Origin: Octopus vulgaris
Lineage: Eukaryota
NCBI GenBank assembly: GCA_951406725.2
Contig: OX597840.1
Span: forward strand, 27,776,001 to 27,840,000
Reading direction: 5' to 3'
Length of the DNA stretch: 64,000 bases
The notes below the pieces were generated by a model, which made no database searches, had not been told where the DNA came from, and saw only the letters and a list, made by a program, of their open reading frames with translations. Each line of letters opens with the position of its first letter. Position 1 is the stretch's first letter. Positions 28,344 through 42,278 of the stretch are shown piece after piece. The translations under genes were made by a program, and so were the position numbers.

Positions 28344-28600
28344 CATATATACGTATATATATATGCATATATATATGAATATATGTGTGTGAGTGTGTGT
28401 GTATGGGTTTTTGGCAATGACCGAGAGATTATGGAGGTGATTGTTGCCGGTGTGTATATGCGCATATTAATATATGTATGTGTGTGTGTCTGTGTGTCTG
28501 TGTGAGTGTCCGTGGGTGTGTGGGCTTGAGCATGTTCCTGTGTATGTGTATATGTCTATGTGTGTATCTGTGTGCATATCTATTTATATGCATATATGTG

Positions 28601-28649
<49 letters not shown>

Positions 28650-28718
28650 GTACATATATATATACATATATAAATGTGCATGTATACATATACACACACA
28701 TATATATATATATAAATT

Positions 28719-28759
<41 letters not shown>

Positions 28760-29249
28760 CTGTGTGCATGTGTGTGTGTGGGGGGGGTGTTTGGCCAGTG
28801 TCAAAATGAGGGGAGCGCTACCAGAAACGCCGTCCTTGTGTCATGTCCCGTCTGTGTGACGTATGATTGACAGATGTAATAAAACAGTATAATTTTCAAC
28901 CTGTATTGTTCGAGGTCTTTTTTGTTCTTCATTCTCTTGTCCGTTAGAGAAGAGGGTTAGAGGGTAGCGGAAAGAGGACGGGTTGACAGGAGACGGAATG
29001 GCAAAGAGAGGAGAGGAAGCGGCGAGGAGAGGTGAGAGGATGGTAGATAATGGATAGGGAAGTGATGTGGGTGAAGCGAAAGTTATAGCTTAACTATAGC
29101 TCAGAGTAAGTCCCATACAAGAGGCATTCGGAGTGGTATTTTAGTGTTAAGCTAGTGGTAGCTTGTGTAATTTTAGTGTTACTGTAGTGGTATTGTAGCG
29201 TTGAGACTTGATGTACAAGGCGTACTGTAGTGTTAGAGCAATGTTGTTC

Positions 29250-29363
29250 TCTAATATAACGCTCGAGAAGTGAAAAAGTCTTTAACGTTTCGAGCCTACG
29301 CTCTTCCACAGAAAGGAACACAGAAAATAAAGAATGTGCAGTGGCTAGCGATCTATCATGGCG
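29250..29363 (-). mobile_element. Family T1 fragment with variant hammerhead motif (29280-29315)
   Basis: Minus strand CTTT-CTGTGGA-A-GAGC-GTAG-GCTC-GAAAC-GTT-AAAG. Confidence 0.78.
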
Positions 29364-29623
29364 AATGGTATGTATATATATATGTAAATATATGTATATA
29401 TATATATGTATATGTAAGTATGTATATATATATATATATATATATGTGTATGTATGCATGTATCTATGAATATATGTGTGTGTATGTAGTGTGGGTATAT
29501 ACGAGAGTGTGTGTATGTGTCTGTGTGTGCGTCTGTGTGTTTCTGTGTGTCTGTCTGTATTTATGTATGCATATGCAGCTTTTGTATTTGTGTAAAATCT
29601 AAAATGTGTGTGTATACACACAC

Positions 29624-29656
<33 letters not shown>

Positions 29657-29941
29657 TGTATGTATGTATGCATGTATATATATATATATATATACATATA
29701 CATACATACACACTCACGTATATATGTATATAAATATATAGATATATATGTATATATATATATATATATATATACACATACATACATACATATATGTGTA
29801 TATATGAATGTATGTATATACACACACACACAAATATATACGTACATATAGATATATATCAATATATATAAGTATATTTATGCATATCAGTACACTTACG
29901 CATATAAATGCACGTATGTATATACATCCATACATACACAA

Positions 29942-29999
<58 letters not shown>

Positions 30000-30349
30000 A
30001 GTACGACAGCAGCAATAGCATTGATGGTGGCAACGGAACTGATAACGGTGGCTGTGGTGGTGATGGCGGTCGTGGTGGTGGTTATGGATGTAGCGCTGGT
30101 GGTGGTGGTGGTGGTGGTGGTGGTGGTGACGAAGATGAATGTTGGTTGCATTGTTGTCAGGAGGTGATTAGTCGCTGTTCACAGAAGAGAATTCCATCTT
30201 GTCTGAAATTCCATTAAAAGTTTCTGCAAACCAAAAAGTGAGAAAAACGGTAAAAACACAGAAATCAAATTCACCAGGAAAAGAAAGCGAAAAACGTCCA
30301 AAAAACAAAAAAACAAAAAAACAAAAAACAAAAAAAATACAGAAAAGAA

Positions 30350-30380
30350 ATAATGATAATAATAATAATAAAAATAATAA

Positions 30381-30437
<57 letters not shown>

Positions 30438-30613
30438 TGATGATGATGATGATGATAATAATAATAATAATAATAATGATGATGATGATAATAATAATAA
30501 TGATGATGATGATAATAATAATAATAATAATAATGATGATGATGATGATGATGATAATAATAATAATAATAATAATGATGATGATGATAATAATAATAAT
30601 AATGAAGATGATG

Positions 30614-30668
<55 letters not shown>

Positions 30669-30673
30669 TGATG

Positions 30674-30740
<67 letters not shown>

Positions 30741-30775
30741 TGATGATAATAATAATAATAATAATGATGATGATG

Positions 30776-30822
<47 letters not shown>

Positions 30823-30877
30823 CACAATGATAATAATAATAATAACAACAATAATAATAATAATAATAATAATAATG

Positions 30878-30923
<46 letters not shown>

Positions 30924-30932
30924 TGATGATAA
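30350..30932. repeat. (AAT)n/(GAT)n compound microsatellite
   Basis: Direct reading. Confidence 0.96.
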
Positions 30933-31446
30933 ATAGGTAAAATAAAATACTCACTTATTTCGGGACGCACAGACATAATCGCATTGACATGTACACATCC
31001 AGAGTGGGGGAATACATACACTGTTATACACAGGCCTATACACATGCATTGCGTCTGTTCGTCGACATACAAAGCGCATGTATACGCAGACACGTTGACG
31101 CGTACATAAACACGTTCACACCGACAACAACACAGGCGCATATATATATATATATATATTTATATATACATATATATACATATATATTTATACATATATA
31201 TACATGTATATATATATATACATATATACATACTTACATACATATATATATATATACAAGAACACGGGCACATGTATGTATGTGCATGTGTATGTATATA
31301 TATATATATGTGTGTGTGTGTGCGTGTGTGTGTATATGCACATATAGACATGTATATAAAATATATATATATATATGTGCATATATAAAGACACACATAT
31401 ATGTATGTAGAGATATATATGCATATATACACATGCTTAACAACAT

Positions 31447-31513
<67 letters not shown>

Positions 31514-32006
31514 CGCATGTACATATATACATGCATTGAAGCATACAATACAGTTACGTACGCAATCTCACTTAAAATCACTCGCACACACATACATACC
31601 CTCACGCACGCTCGTACACATATAACCGCACACACCAACACACACACACACAGACACACGCACACACACGCGCGGGCCATACACAAAGAGATTTTGACAG
31701 GTGATGGCGCTTCGAAAAGAATTGGCTGCTTTATTGACAAACACAAGTGGTCTTGGAGTGTCTTCAACAGATCTTCCAGCCTGACAATTCTTACTTGAGA
31801 CAAATATTTTAATTTCCGTCAAACTGCCCATCTTCAAAATGGGGGATTGGTGTGAACGAAAGCCAGCGAAAGTGATTGCGTTTGTTGGCGATTACTGACG
31901 ATTGTCAGCGATTGTGGGCGAATCGCGGTGATTGTTGACGCATACTGGTGATTTTTCTTTTCGTTGTTCAGCCCTAGGTCATTTCTGACAGGGGAGACTT
32001 AACGCC

Positions 32007-32569
32007 AAAAGACAGTCTACCCACGACCACCTCGTTTTATTTTGCAGATATTGTTTGTTTGTTTGTTTTTGCTTTGTTTTTTGGGTGTTCTTCAGCCCGA
32101 CTTATATTATCCAATATGTCGTCTATATTTTCCAAGAACCAGGTAGAGGCTCTTCAAAAGACAGTCTACCCACGACCCCCTCGTATTATTTTGCAGATAT
32201 AGTTTGTTTGTTTGTTTTTGCTTTGCTTTTTTGGGTGTTCTTCAGCCCGACTTATATTATCCAATATGTCGTCTATATTTTCCAAGAAGACAAAGTATGC
32301 ATATGGTGATCCCCCCCACCAAAAAAGAAAAAGAAAAGAAAAGAAAAATTGGCTGCTATTTCTAGCAAGTCTGGAAACCAGGTAAAGGCTCTTCAAAAGA
32401 CAGTCTACCCACGACCCCCTCGTATTATTTTGCAGATATAGTATGTTTGTTTGTTTTTGCTTTGCTTTTTTTTGTTTTTTTCAGCCCGATTTATATTATC
32501 CAATATGGCTTCTATATTTTCCAAGAAGACAAAGTATGCATAGAGTGATTATTCCTACCCCCCCCCCCC

Positions 32570-32602
<33 letters not shown>

Positions 32603-32645
32603 TTGGCTGCTATTTCTAGCAAGTCGTGAAATCAGGTAGAGGCTT
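32007..32645. repeat. Local triplication of a 150-240-bp unique segment
   Basis: AAAAGACAGTCTACCCACGACC...CAGCCCGA.TTATATTATCCAATATG occurs at ~32007, 32156 and 32395. Confidence 0.9.
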
Positions 32646-33468
32646 TTCTATAGTACGATTATAACTGGAGTTAATAAAATACTATCGTATTACTCCCCAC
32701 ACCCACCCGTTCCAACTCTGGCCCCTAATCTCAACTCCCTAATACTACTCCTCTTCCTCCCTCCCTTCCTCTTCCCATGTACCGACAGCGCCCATTCTTT
32801 GGCAAACAACGGATCAAGGAACGCGTTGTCAGTCACACCTCTCTTTCTCTCTCTGTCTTTTTCTTTGTGTATTTATCCCTCTTTCTTTCCTTTCTTCTCT
32901 CTCTCTCTCTCAGTCATTCACTCTTTCTCTCTACTCACTACTTGTCCCTCTATCTGCTTGTCTGTATTCTGGAGGGGTGGTATGACGTTTGCCTTCCGAG
33001 TACATGGAATCTGAGTTCTATCCCACCTCAGGCAAGTGCCTTCTGCAATACCTTTGCACCGACCAAAGCATTACGAGTGGATTTTGGAAATGGAAACTGA
33101 AAGAAGCCCGTCCTATGTGTGTGTGTTTGTGTGTGCGTGTATGTGTGAGTATGTCTATGTATGTGTGTGTGAGTGTGTATATATATGTATGTATATTTGG
33201 ATGTGAACGTGTGAGAGTGTGTATATATGTGTGCGTATTTGGATGTATGTGAGTGCATCGCGGTTGAGTATATGGATGTGTGTGAGTATTTCGCGGTTCA
33301 CCTATCGCGCACTCAGTATATTGCGGATTTTTTTCTGACTAATATATGTAAATTTATATCTAGGATTCCTCAGTATATGCCGGGTTTTTACCGACAGGTA
33401 TTTATATTTTTTTTAGATTTTAATTATTTCTGTGGGAGATTTTGGAACACAACAGTCGAGGGTTTCCA

Positions 33469-33551
<83 letters not shown>

Positions 33552-33556
33552 AAAAT

Positions 33557-33786
33557 CTGTTGTGTCTGGGGAGAATCATTCTCTTTTAGTGCCTTATTAT
33601 GTAACACACTCACCGGTAAAATTTCCACTTATTTCATATTTTTATTTTCTAAAATTTTCGTTGCGTGTTGCAAACTTTTCAATAGTCTTTTTAGAAAATA
33701 AAAATAAGAAATAAGTGGAAATTTTACCGGTGAGTGTGTTAAATAATAAGGCACTAAAAGAGAATGACTCTCCCCAGACACAACAG
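33557..33786. repeat. Inverted repeat with ~98-bp arms and a ~34-bp spacer, in a (TA)n-flanked element
   Basis: CTGTTGTGTCTGGGGAGAATCATTCTCTTTTAGTGCC... / ...GGCACTAAAAGAGAATGACTCTCCCCAGACACAACAG; diverged right-arm copy at ~16030-16125. Confidence 0.9.
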
Positions 33787-33930
33787 AATATGCTTCAACA
33801 CACGAACTCATATAAAGAATCTTGCAAACCAAATCCAAAAACGAAATATATATATATATATATGCTTTCGGTGCGAATGGCTGTTTATACCGCGCCAAAT
33901 TTACAATCCTGTAAATAATAATAACGGTAT

Positions 33931-34144
33931 TTTTATATAAGCTTAAAGCTTATGGGCATCACCGTGCAATGACTAAGAAAATAGTCTAATAAAGGGGTAT
34001 TTAAGCCCTTGACAGGAAAAAAGAAGACTTCCACGCAGATAGGAAAGCCTTCCTTTTTCTGTCGAGGGCTTATAGGCTCCTTTATTAGACTATTTTCCTT
34101 AGTCATTGCACGGTGATGGCCATAAGCTTTAAGCTTATATAAAA
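33931..34144. repeat. Imperfect ~100-bp-arm fold-back element
   Basis: TTTTATATAAGCTTAAAGCTTATGGGCATCACCGTGCAATGACTAAG... / ...CTTAGTCATTGCACGGTGATGGCCATAAGCTTTAAGCTTATATAAAA. Confidence 0.9.
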
Positions 34145-34148
34145 GTAC

Positions 34149-34238
<90 letters not shown>

Positions 34239-34332
34239 ATTTTATTTGAGGGAATAAAATCCAAACTTACAAGGAAAAAAATTCAATTTAGAAATACTAA
34301 ATCAATCCTTATATATATATATATATTTGTAA

Positions 34333-34530
34333 TCCCTGGAGAAGGGCATCATGCTCGGAATGGTCAGTCGCAAGAGGGGAAGAGGCCGACCAAGAACCCG
34401 CTGGCTTGACACCATCAAGAGTGATACCGGAATGGACATAGCCAATCTGAAAGAAGCGGCCCAGGATAGAACTGACTGGAGGACACTGATCCAACGAGTG
34501 ACCGAGAGGCGACTTCGACTGAGCGGATAG
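34333..34530 (+). mobile_element. RTE/BovB-type 3' end
   Basis: Same family as 3064-3322 (SLEKGIMLGMVSRKRGRGRPRTRWLDTIK). Confidence 0.88.
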
Positions 34531-35196
34531 AGAGAGAAATCAATTATATGCAATTTTCTAGATGGTGTAATTTAATTGTTCATTTTGAATTGATAAAATT
34601 TGGTCGTTTTCTAATTTTATATATATATATATATAAAAGAACTTATATCAAGAACTTACAAACAAGAACTTATAAACAAGGGCAAAAGAAAAGTATTTCC
34701 ATGCCAATATGCTGATAACAGATTTTTAAATCGTCAATTTCCACATAATATGCGTTGTACTGAAATCGAGGAAAGCTAGCCCACAGAATTTTGTTTTAAA
34801 GTTCGTTATTTCTATATTGAATCAATTTCGGAATTAATCTCAAAGATTTTTTCCTCTTCAGTAGAAAATACGATAAGAAATAAATGAAATACTTACTTGC
34901 GCCCATGGAAGAAAAGCCGAAGCAAAAGTCATGAGTATATATAAGTACCACAGATATATCTAAATATATATTTTATATTTATTTATTTTGTTTATATATT
35001 TCGTTTATAACTGAGACATAAAGTAAATACGCATGTATGACACTTAAATAAACCTTATCTGAAGAACATTAATTTAACGAGCTTCTAACAACGTTAATTT
35101 ATACATTTGACCTTACAAGCAAGAACATATCTATAAACACATGCAAAACATGATGTAAATCTAATCAATATATATTTAATATATATTTATATAAAG

Positions 35197-35630
35197 GGCG
35201 TCGAACTGGCAGAACTGTTTGCATGCCGAGCGAAATGCTTCGGAGTATTTCGTCTGCCGTTATGTTCTGAGAGCAAATTCCGTCGTGGTCACCTTTGCCT
35301 TTCATTCTTTCGGAGTCGATTAAATAAGTACCAGTTACGCACTGGAGTCGATCTGAAAAAATCATGTCGAGTATAGAACAGTAATTAGAATGTAAGAGAG
35401 GCGGCTAGCTGGCAGAATCGTTAGCACGCCGGGCGAAATGCTAAGCGGTATTTCGTCTGCCGTTACGTTCTGAGCTCAAATTCCGCCGAAGTCGACATTA
35501 CTTTTCATCTTTTCGGGGTCGATTAAGTAAGTACCAGTTATGCACTGGTGAGGATGTCATGGACTTAATCCCTCTGTCTGTCTTTGTTTCTCACCTCTAT
35601 GCTTAGCCCCCTGTTGGCAATAAAGAAATA
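35197..35630 (+). mobile_element. Two tandem SINE family C copies (35197-35355, 35400-35630)
   Basis: GGCG..CTGGCAGAA heads and CTTTCAT...GTCGATTAA.TAAGTACCAG bodies. Confidence 0.85.
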
Positions 35631-35869
35631 AATATATGTATATAAATCTACTATACTGTCTGTGGGTGTGTTTTGGGGGCTGTTAGCTAACTGCATCTAC
35701 GTCGTTTTATCGATTTTGATGAAACTTGACACGTGAGTAGACCTAATGTCTGGAAATATCATGGCATTCTCAGATTGTTGAAAAAAGTCGATGATGGGGC
35801 CCCTGGAAGGGATCCTTATATATATATACTTAATATAATATATTTCATTTATATATATATATATATATA

Positions 35870-36076
35870 CCGGAGTAAACACATAAATGTGAAACAAGGT
35901 GGAAAAAAGAGTACTCAAATACCAGTGGTAGAGTAATATGCTTTATTTAAAGCAGCAGTAAATTCAACAAAACCTGTTACTCTGAGTTTCCCGTTGCCGT
36001 TCATCGGGTCCGATGAACGGCAACGGGAAACTCAGAGTAACAGGTTTTATTGAATTTTCTGCTGCTTTAAATAAAG
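35870..36076. mobile_element. (TA)n-flanked element with a 67-bp-arm palindrome carrying CCGATGA hammerhead-like cores
   Basis: Arms 35941-36007 and 36010-36076 (2 mismatches); CCGATGA-ACG-GCAA-CGG-GAAAC-TCAGA-GTA-ACAG at 36010-36043, then AATAAA. Confidence 0.8.
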
Positions 36077-36124
<48 letters not shown>

Positions 36125-36186
36125 CTAATACATCGGCTTGTTTTGTATACCACCTGTCTTCGTCTTTTGTTATTTTCGTAAACTCT

Positions 36187-36229
<43 letters not shown>

Positions 36230-36232
<3 letters not shown>

Positions 36233-36634
36233 ATAAATATTAGGGAATAAATCCAAATTTACAGGGAAAAATCAGATTTAGGATTAAATCCAATTTTATA
36301 GTAAAATATTATATAATATAATTCGAGACAAAACCACTATTTTGCAAAACAAACAAGGAAAGACTTAATCAATACATAAAAATTTTAATATAAAGAAATA
36401 AACCGCCACTACAATCGTTTCATGTCTTCAATAACATTCGTCAGGTGGATTTTCGATCTCCTAATCTGTTTTAATTCATAAATTAAAACAGATTAGGAGA
36501 TCGAAAATCCACCTGACGAATGTTATTGAAGACATGAAACGATTGTAGTGGCGGTTTATTTCTTTATATTAAAATTTTTATGTATTGATTAAGTCTTTCC
36601 TTGTTTGTTTTGCAAAATAGTGGTTTTGTCTCGA

Positions 36635-36637
<3 letters not shown>
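36230..36637. mobile_element. (TA)n-flanked Penelope-like pLTR with a 157-bp-arm palindrome
   Basis: Arms 36320-36476 and 36481-36637 with a 4-nt loop; second family member at 39822-40028. Confidence 0.85.
36509..36551 (+). ncRNA. Minimal type I hammerhead ribozyme motif (mirror copy at 36406-36448 on minus)
   Basis: CCAC-CTGACGA-ATGT-TATTGAAG-ACAT-GAAAC-GATT-GTA-GTGG: helix I CCAC/GTGG, helix II ATGT/ACAT, GUA cleavage triplet. Confidence 0.82.
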
Positions 36638-36698
<61 letters not shown>

Positions 36699-37305
36699 GG
36701 AGAGATAGATAGATAGATAGATCAGCGCGCGATGGTGTCAGGCGCAAACATGTATGTCATTCTCATCAAACTTTATTATTACCGTCGTCAAAATGACCTT
36801 CCTCATCAGCATCATCATCGCCATCATCATCTTCTTACTAAATCCAGTTATCTTTGAAAAGGTTATTGCTTGTTGGGATTCAGTAGATGTTCTGGTCACA
36901 GGTGTTTTTCTCCCACCTTCATCACTATGTCCACCGCCAACGCCGCCTCCACTAAACTTGGTGTAATGGAGTAGCAGTGAGGCTCAGTGCTATGGTATTT
37001 ATTTGTGGTGGTACACTATGTTAATCATTCCATCTTGTGTTCAAAACTAAAAGTAGTCTTACTTAACACTTGCTACCTTATTGTTGTTTTCGTTGCTGTT
37101 TATGTCTTTATTGTTGCTGTCGTTAAATCATGTTTTATATTAAAGAATCCATCACCATCATCATCGTCATCATCGTCGTTATCATCATCACCAGCAACGC
37201 GTCATAAACCTCGTCGGCGTCCTCACGAACAATCACCATCACCATCGTCATCATCATCTTCATAGTTGTCATCATTGTCATCACCGTCTATTGAGAATAT
37301 TATCA

Positions 37306-37361
<56 letters not shown>

Positions 37362-37504
37362 ATTTTTAATATTATTATTATTATTATTATTATTATCATC
37401 ATCATTAATATTATCATCCTACCCCTCATCATCATCTTTCGTCATCATCATCTTCATCATCATCTTCATCAACATCATCATCATCATCATCATCATCCTC
37501 CTCA

Positions 37505-37770
37505 TCATCATCATACTCGGCGTCCTCCTCCTCCTCCTCCTCATCATCATCATCTGCAAAATCATACTCCGCGTCCTCATCATCATCGTCATCCCCCTCC
37601 TCCTCCTCATCATCATCCTCATCATACTCTGCGTCCTCATCATCATCGTCATCCCCCTCCTCCACCTCATCCTCCTCCTCATCTGCAAAATCATACTCTG
37701 CGTCCTCCTCCTCCTCCTCATCATCGTCATCGTCATCATCATCTGCAAAATCATACTCTGCGTCCTCCTC
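37505..37770. repeat. Trinucleotide-embedded minisatellite
   Basis: ATCATACTC(T/C/G)GCGTCCTC recurs five times, three times preceded by CATCTGCAAA, among (TCA)/(TCC) repeats. Confidence 0.85.
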
Positions 37771-37774
37771 ATCG

Positions 37775-37806
<32 letters not shown>

Positions 37807-38029
37807 ATCGTCATCACCGTTATTCTTACAGTGGTTGTTGCCGTTATTATCTTTCCAGTGTTTGTCATATCTGTCTGTGCGGTCGATTCGTGTCTTCACA
37901 ATTTAATGGAGGAAGATAATGAAACGAGCGAATGAAAAACTCATCAATTCTTCAGATAAAGCAAAGACCGCAGCGAAGAATGTAAACACTACTAACAACA
38001 ACTACAACAACAACAACAACAATAATTAA

Positions 38030-38092
<63 letters not shown>

Positions 38093-38167
38093 TAATAATA
38101 ATAATAATAAAAGCAATAATAATAATAACAACAACAACAATAATAATAATAATAATAATAATAATCA

Positions 38168-38221
<54 letters not shown>

Positions 38222-38269
38222 TGATGATGATGATGATGATGACGGTGGTGGTGGTGATAATGAGGATGA

Positions 38270-38335
<66 letters not shown>

Positions 38336-38393
38336 GTGATGGTGGTGATGGTGGTGGTGGTGATGGTGGTGGTGGTGGTGGTGATGATGATAA

Positions 38394-38424
<31 letters not shown>

Positions 38425-38476
38425 AGTGGTGGTGGTGGTTTTGGTGGTGGTGGTGATAATGAGGATGAATGATGAC

Positions 38477-38530
<54 letters not shown>

Positions 38531-38629
38531 GGTGGTGGTGGTGGTCATGGTGGTGGTGGTGGTGATGATGATAATGATGAAGAATGATGAGGATGATGGT
38601 GATGATGACGGTTGTAATAAGTAGTAGTA

Positions 38630-38698
<69 letters not shown>

Positions 38699-39745
38699 GT
38701 AATAATAATAAGTAGAAGAATAAGTAGAAGAAGAAAAAGAAGAAGAAGAAAAAGGAGAAGAAGGAGAAGAAGAAGGAGAAGAAGGAGAAGAAGAAGAAGA
38801 TTAAGTGAGAGAAGAAAAAGAAAAAGAAGAAGAAGAAAAGGAAGAAGAATAATAATAAGAAGACGAAGAAGAAGGAGAAGGAGAAGGAGGAGGAGAAGAA
38901 GAAGAAGAAGAAGAAGAGGAAGAAAGAGGAGGAGGAAGAGGGGGAAGAAGAAGACTGTTGGACGACTGTGTGATCTTTGTAGGTATTTTCTGAACAATGT
39001 GTAAAAATACATTTAGTCTTAGCTTAATGGAAATCTTATTGATTTTTGTAGGTTGCTTGTAAAATTCTTCACTTAAAATCATTTGTTCTTCAAGATTGGT
39101 GGTCGAATCGCCAATAATAATTGTCAGAGAGCTGCCTGAAGTAGTTGCAATACGGAAGTTGTGTGAATCGTAAACACATTTCGCAGGTATTCGCATTTAA
39201 TTTAATGTCATGGAACAGTGAAGAGAGAATACGGCTATTATAATATCTACCGGTCGTCATTCTCCATTCTCCATTCGCCATTCAACGTTTCACGCTGAAT
39301 ATTCACCACGTGACGTGACCCGGACACCCTCCTCACAACCACCAACATCACTACCACTACCACCAATATCCGCACCACCGTCACCATTAACATCACGGCC
39401 ACCGCCACCACCACCACGACAATAGCATCAGCAGGATCGTCGTCGCTACCAGCGCTGCCGGCGTCACAGCTTAGCTGCACGGCGCCGCTGTCGCCATGAT
39501 GACATTGCATCGCTCACTACCCGACCGCCATTACAGAAGCCCCACACAACGCGAAACCAAACTTGAATACGTTACCATTCTTTATCGTATCTCTTCTTCT
39601 TGTAATTCTTTCAATACTAATCTGTGGTATAGTATGGATACTCACACACTCAAACACACATACATACTTATACATATATATAGAGGGATACACACACATA
39701 TTATACATTCATATATATATATATACATATATATATATATGTATG

Positions 39746-39794
<49 letters not shown>

Positions 39795-39821
39795 GTATAT
39801 GTATATATACATATATACATA

Positions 39822-40024
39822 AAGACAAGAAACAATTGTAGTGGCGGTTTTTTTGACTATTTATTAAAATTTTATGTATTGATTAAGTCTTTCCTTGTTT
39901 GTTTTGCAAAATAGTGGTTTTGTCTCTAATAATATTTTATAATATTTTACTATAAAATTGGATTTAATCCTAAATCTGATTTTTTTTCCCTGTAAATTTG
40001 GATTTATTCCCTAATATTTATTAT

Positions 40025-40028
<4 letters not shown>
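39822..40028 (+). mobile_element. 5'-truncated copy of the 36230-36637 pLTR family
   Basis: Begins inside the hammerhead (GAAACAATTGTAGTGG) and continues as the reverse complement of ~36230-36420. Confidence 0.85.
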
Positions 40029-40062
<34 letters not shown>

Positions 40063-40400
40063 ATATAAATATGTGCATATATACATACATATATGTACAT
40101 ACCTACATCTATATGTATATATACATGCATATATGAGTACAGGACATAAAAAAAACGTTGAACACAATGAGAAACGAAAACATAAAACCAAAAACATGGA
40201 AACGAACTATTTTTCAAACAACGAAAAAACGGAGTACAAGACATACAACACAATGAATATTCCCCTTCTTCAGTTGTCCCTGTTTCGTCTACTCCACTTT
40301 TCGAAGGTAAGAACAAGACGCGACTTCATGAAACAGTCCTTCCCGCAAAGCAAATTAAATGAAATTTGGGGAATTTTTTGCGGGGGAGTAAAAGTGGTAT

Positions 40401-41151
<751 letters not shown>

Positions 41152-41541
41152 TGGCGGCGGTCATGACTTGAGTGAGAGATTTGATTTCTATTTCTAGCAA
41201 AACTGAATAGCCGTGTAGTAGAGGCTGTTTCGTTGCTGTACAACTAGTTGACTGCTGTTTAGGCCCGGTGTGTACTGTAACAAAGCAACTAGAGTCAAGA
41301 GGAAATACAAAAATTAGGTGTGACTATGGAAAGTAGAAAATCAACGACAACACCAATAACAACAACAACAACAGTGACGAGACAATTTATTTTTTAATGT
41401 ATAAAATCAACTGCCAGGTAATTAAAAAAAAGAATGTTAATCTGTTCGCTTTTGTTTTTTTTTTTATATAATTAACAAATATTATCTTAGTTTGTTGTTG
41501 TTATCATCATCATCATCATCATCATCATCACCATCATCATT

Positions 41542-41617
<76 letters not shown>

Positions 41618-41640
41618 TACTATTATTATTATTATTATTA

Positions 41641-41809
<169 letters not shown>

Positions 41810-41858
41810 CATTATTATTATTTTTATTATTATTATTATTTTCATCATCATCATCATA

Positions 41859-41908
<50 letters not shown>

Positions 41909-41922
41909 CATCATTATTATTA

Positions 41923-41953
<31 letters not shown>

Positions 41954-41987
41954 CATCATTATTATCATTATTATTATTACTATTACA

Positions 41988-42020
<33 letters not shown>

Positions 42021-42056
42021 TTCATCATCATCATCATAATTATTATTGCTAGTGTT

Positions 42057-42129
<73 letters not shown>

Positions 42130-42222
42130 CTATTATTATTATTATTATCATTATTATTATTACTATTACAATTATTATTATTATTATTATTATTATTAGT
42201 ATTATCATCATCATCATCATCA

Positions 42223-42278
<56 letters not shown>

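Noticed and set aside
33255-33470. Possible pogo/Tigger-like MITE ending AGTCGAGGGTTTCCAGTA
   Set aside because: Only one putative TIR is visible; insufficient support.
37432-37899. Asp/Glu-rich ORF with EDAEYDFAD repeats resembling acidic biomineral proteins
   Set aside because: No ATG start, signal peptide or splice evidence; explained by a minisatellite within (TCA)n.
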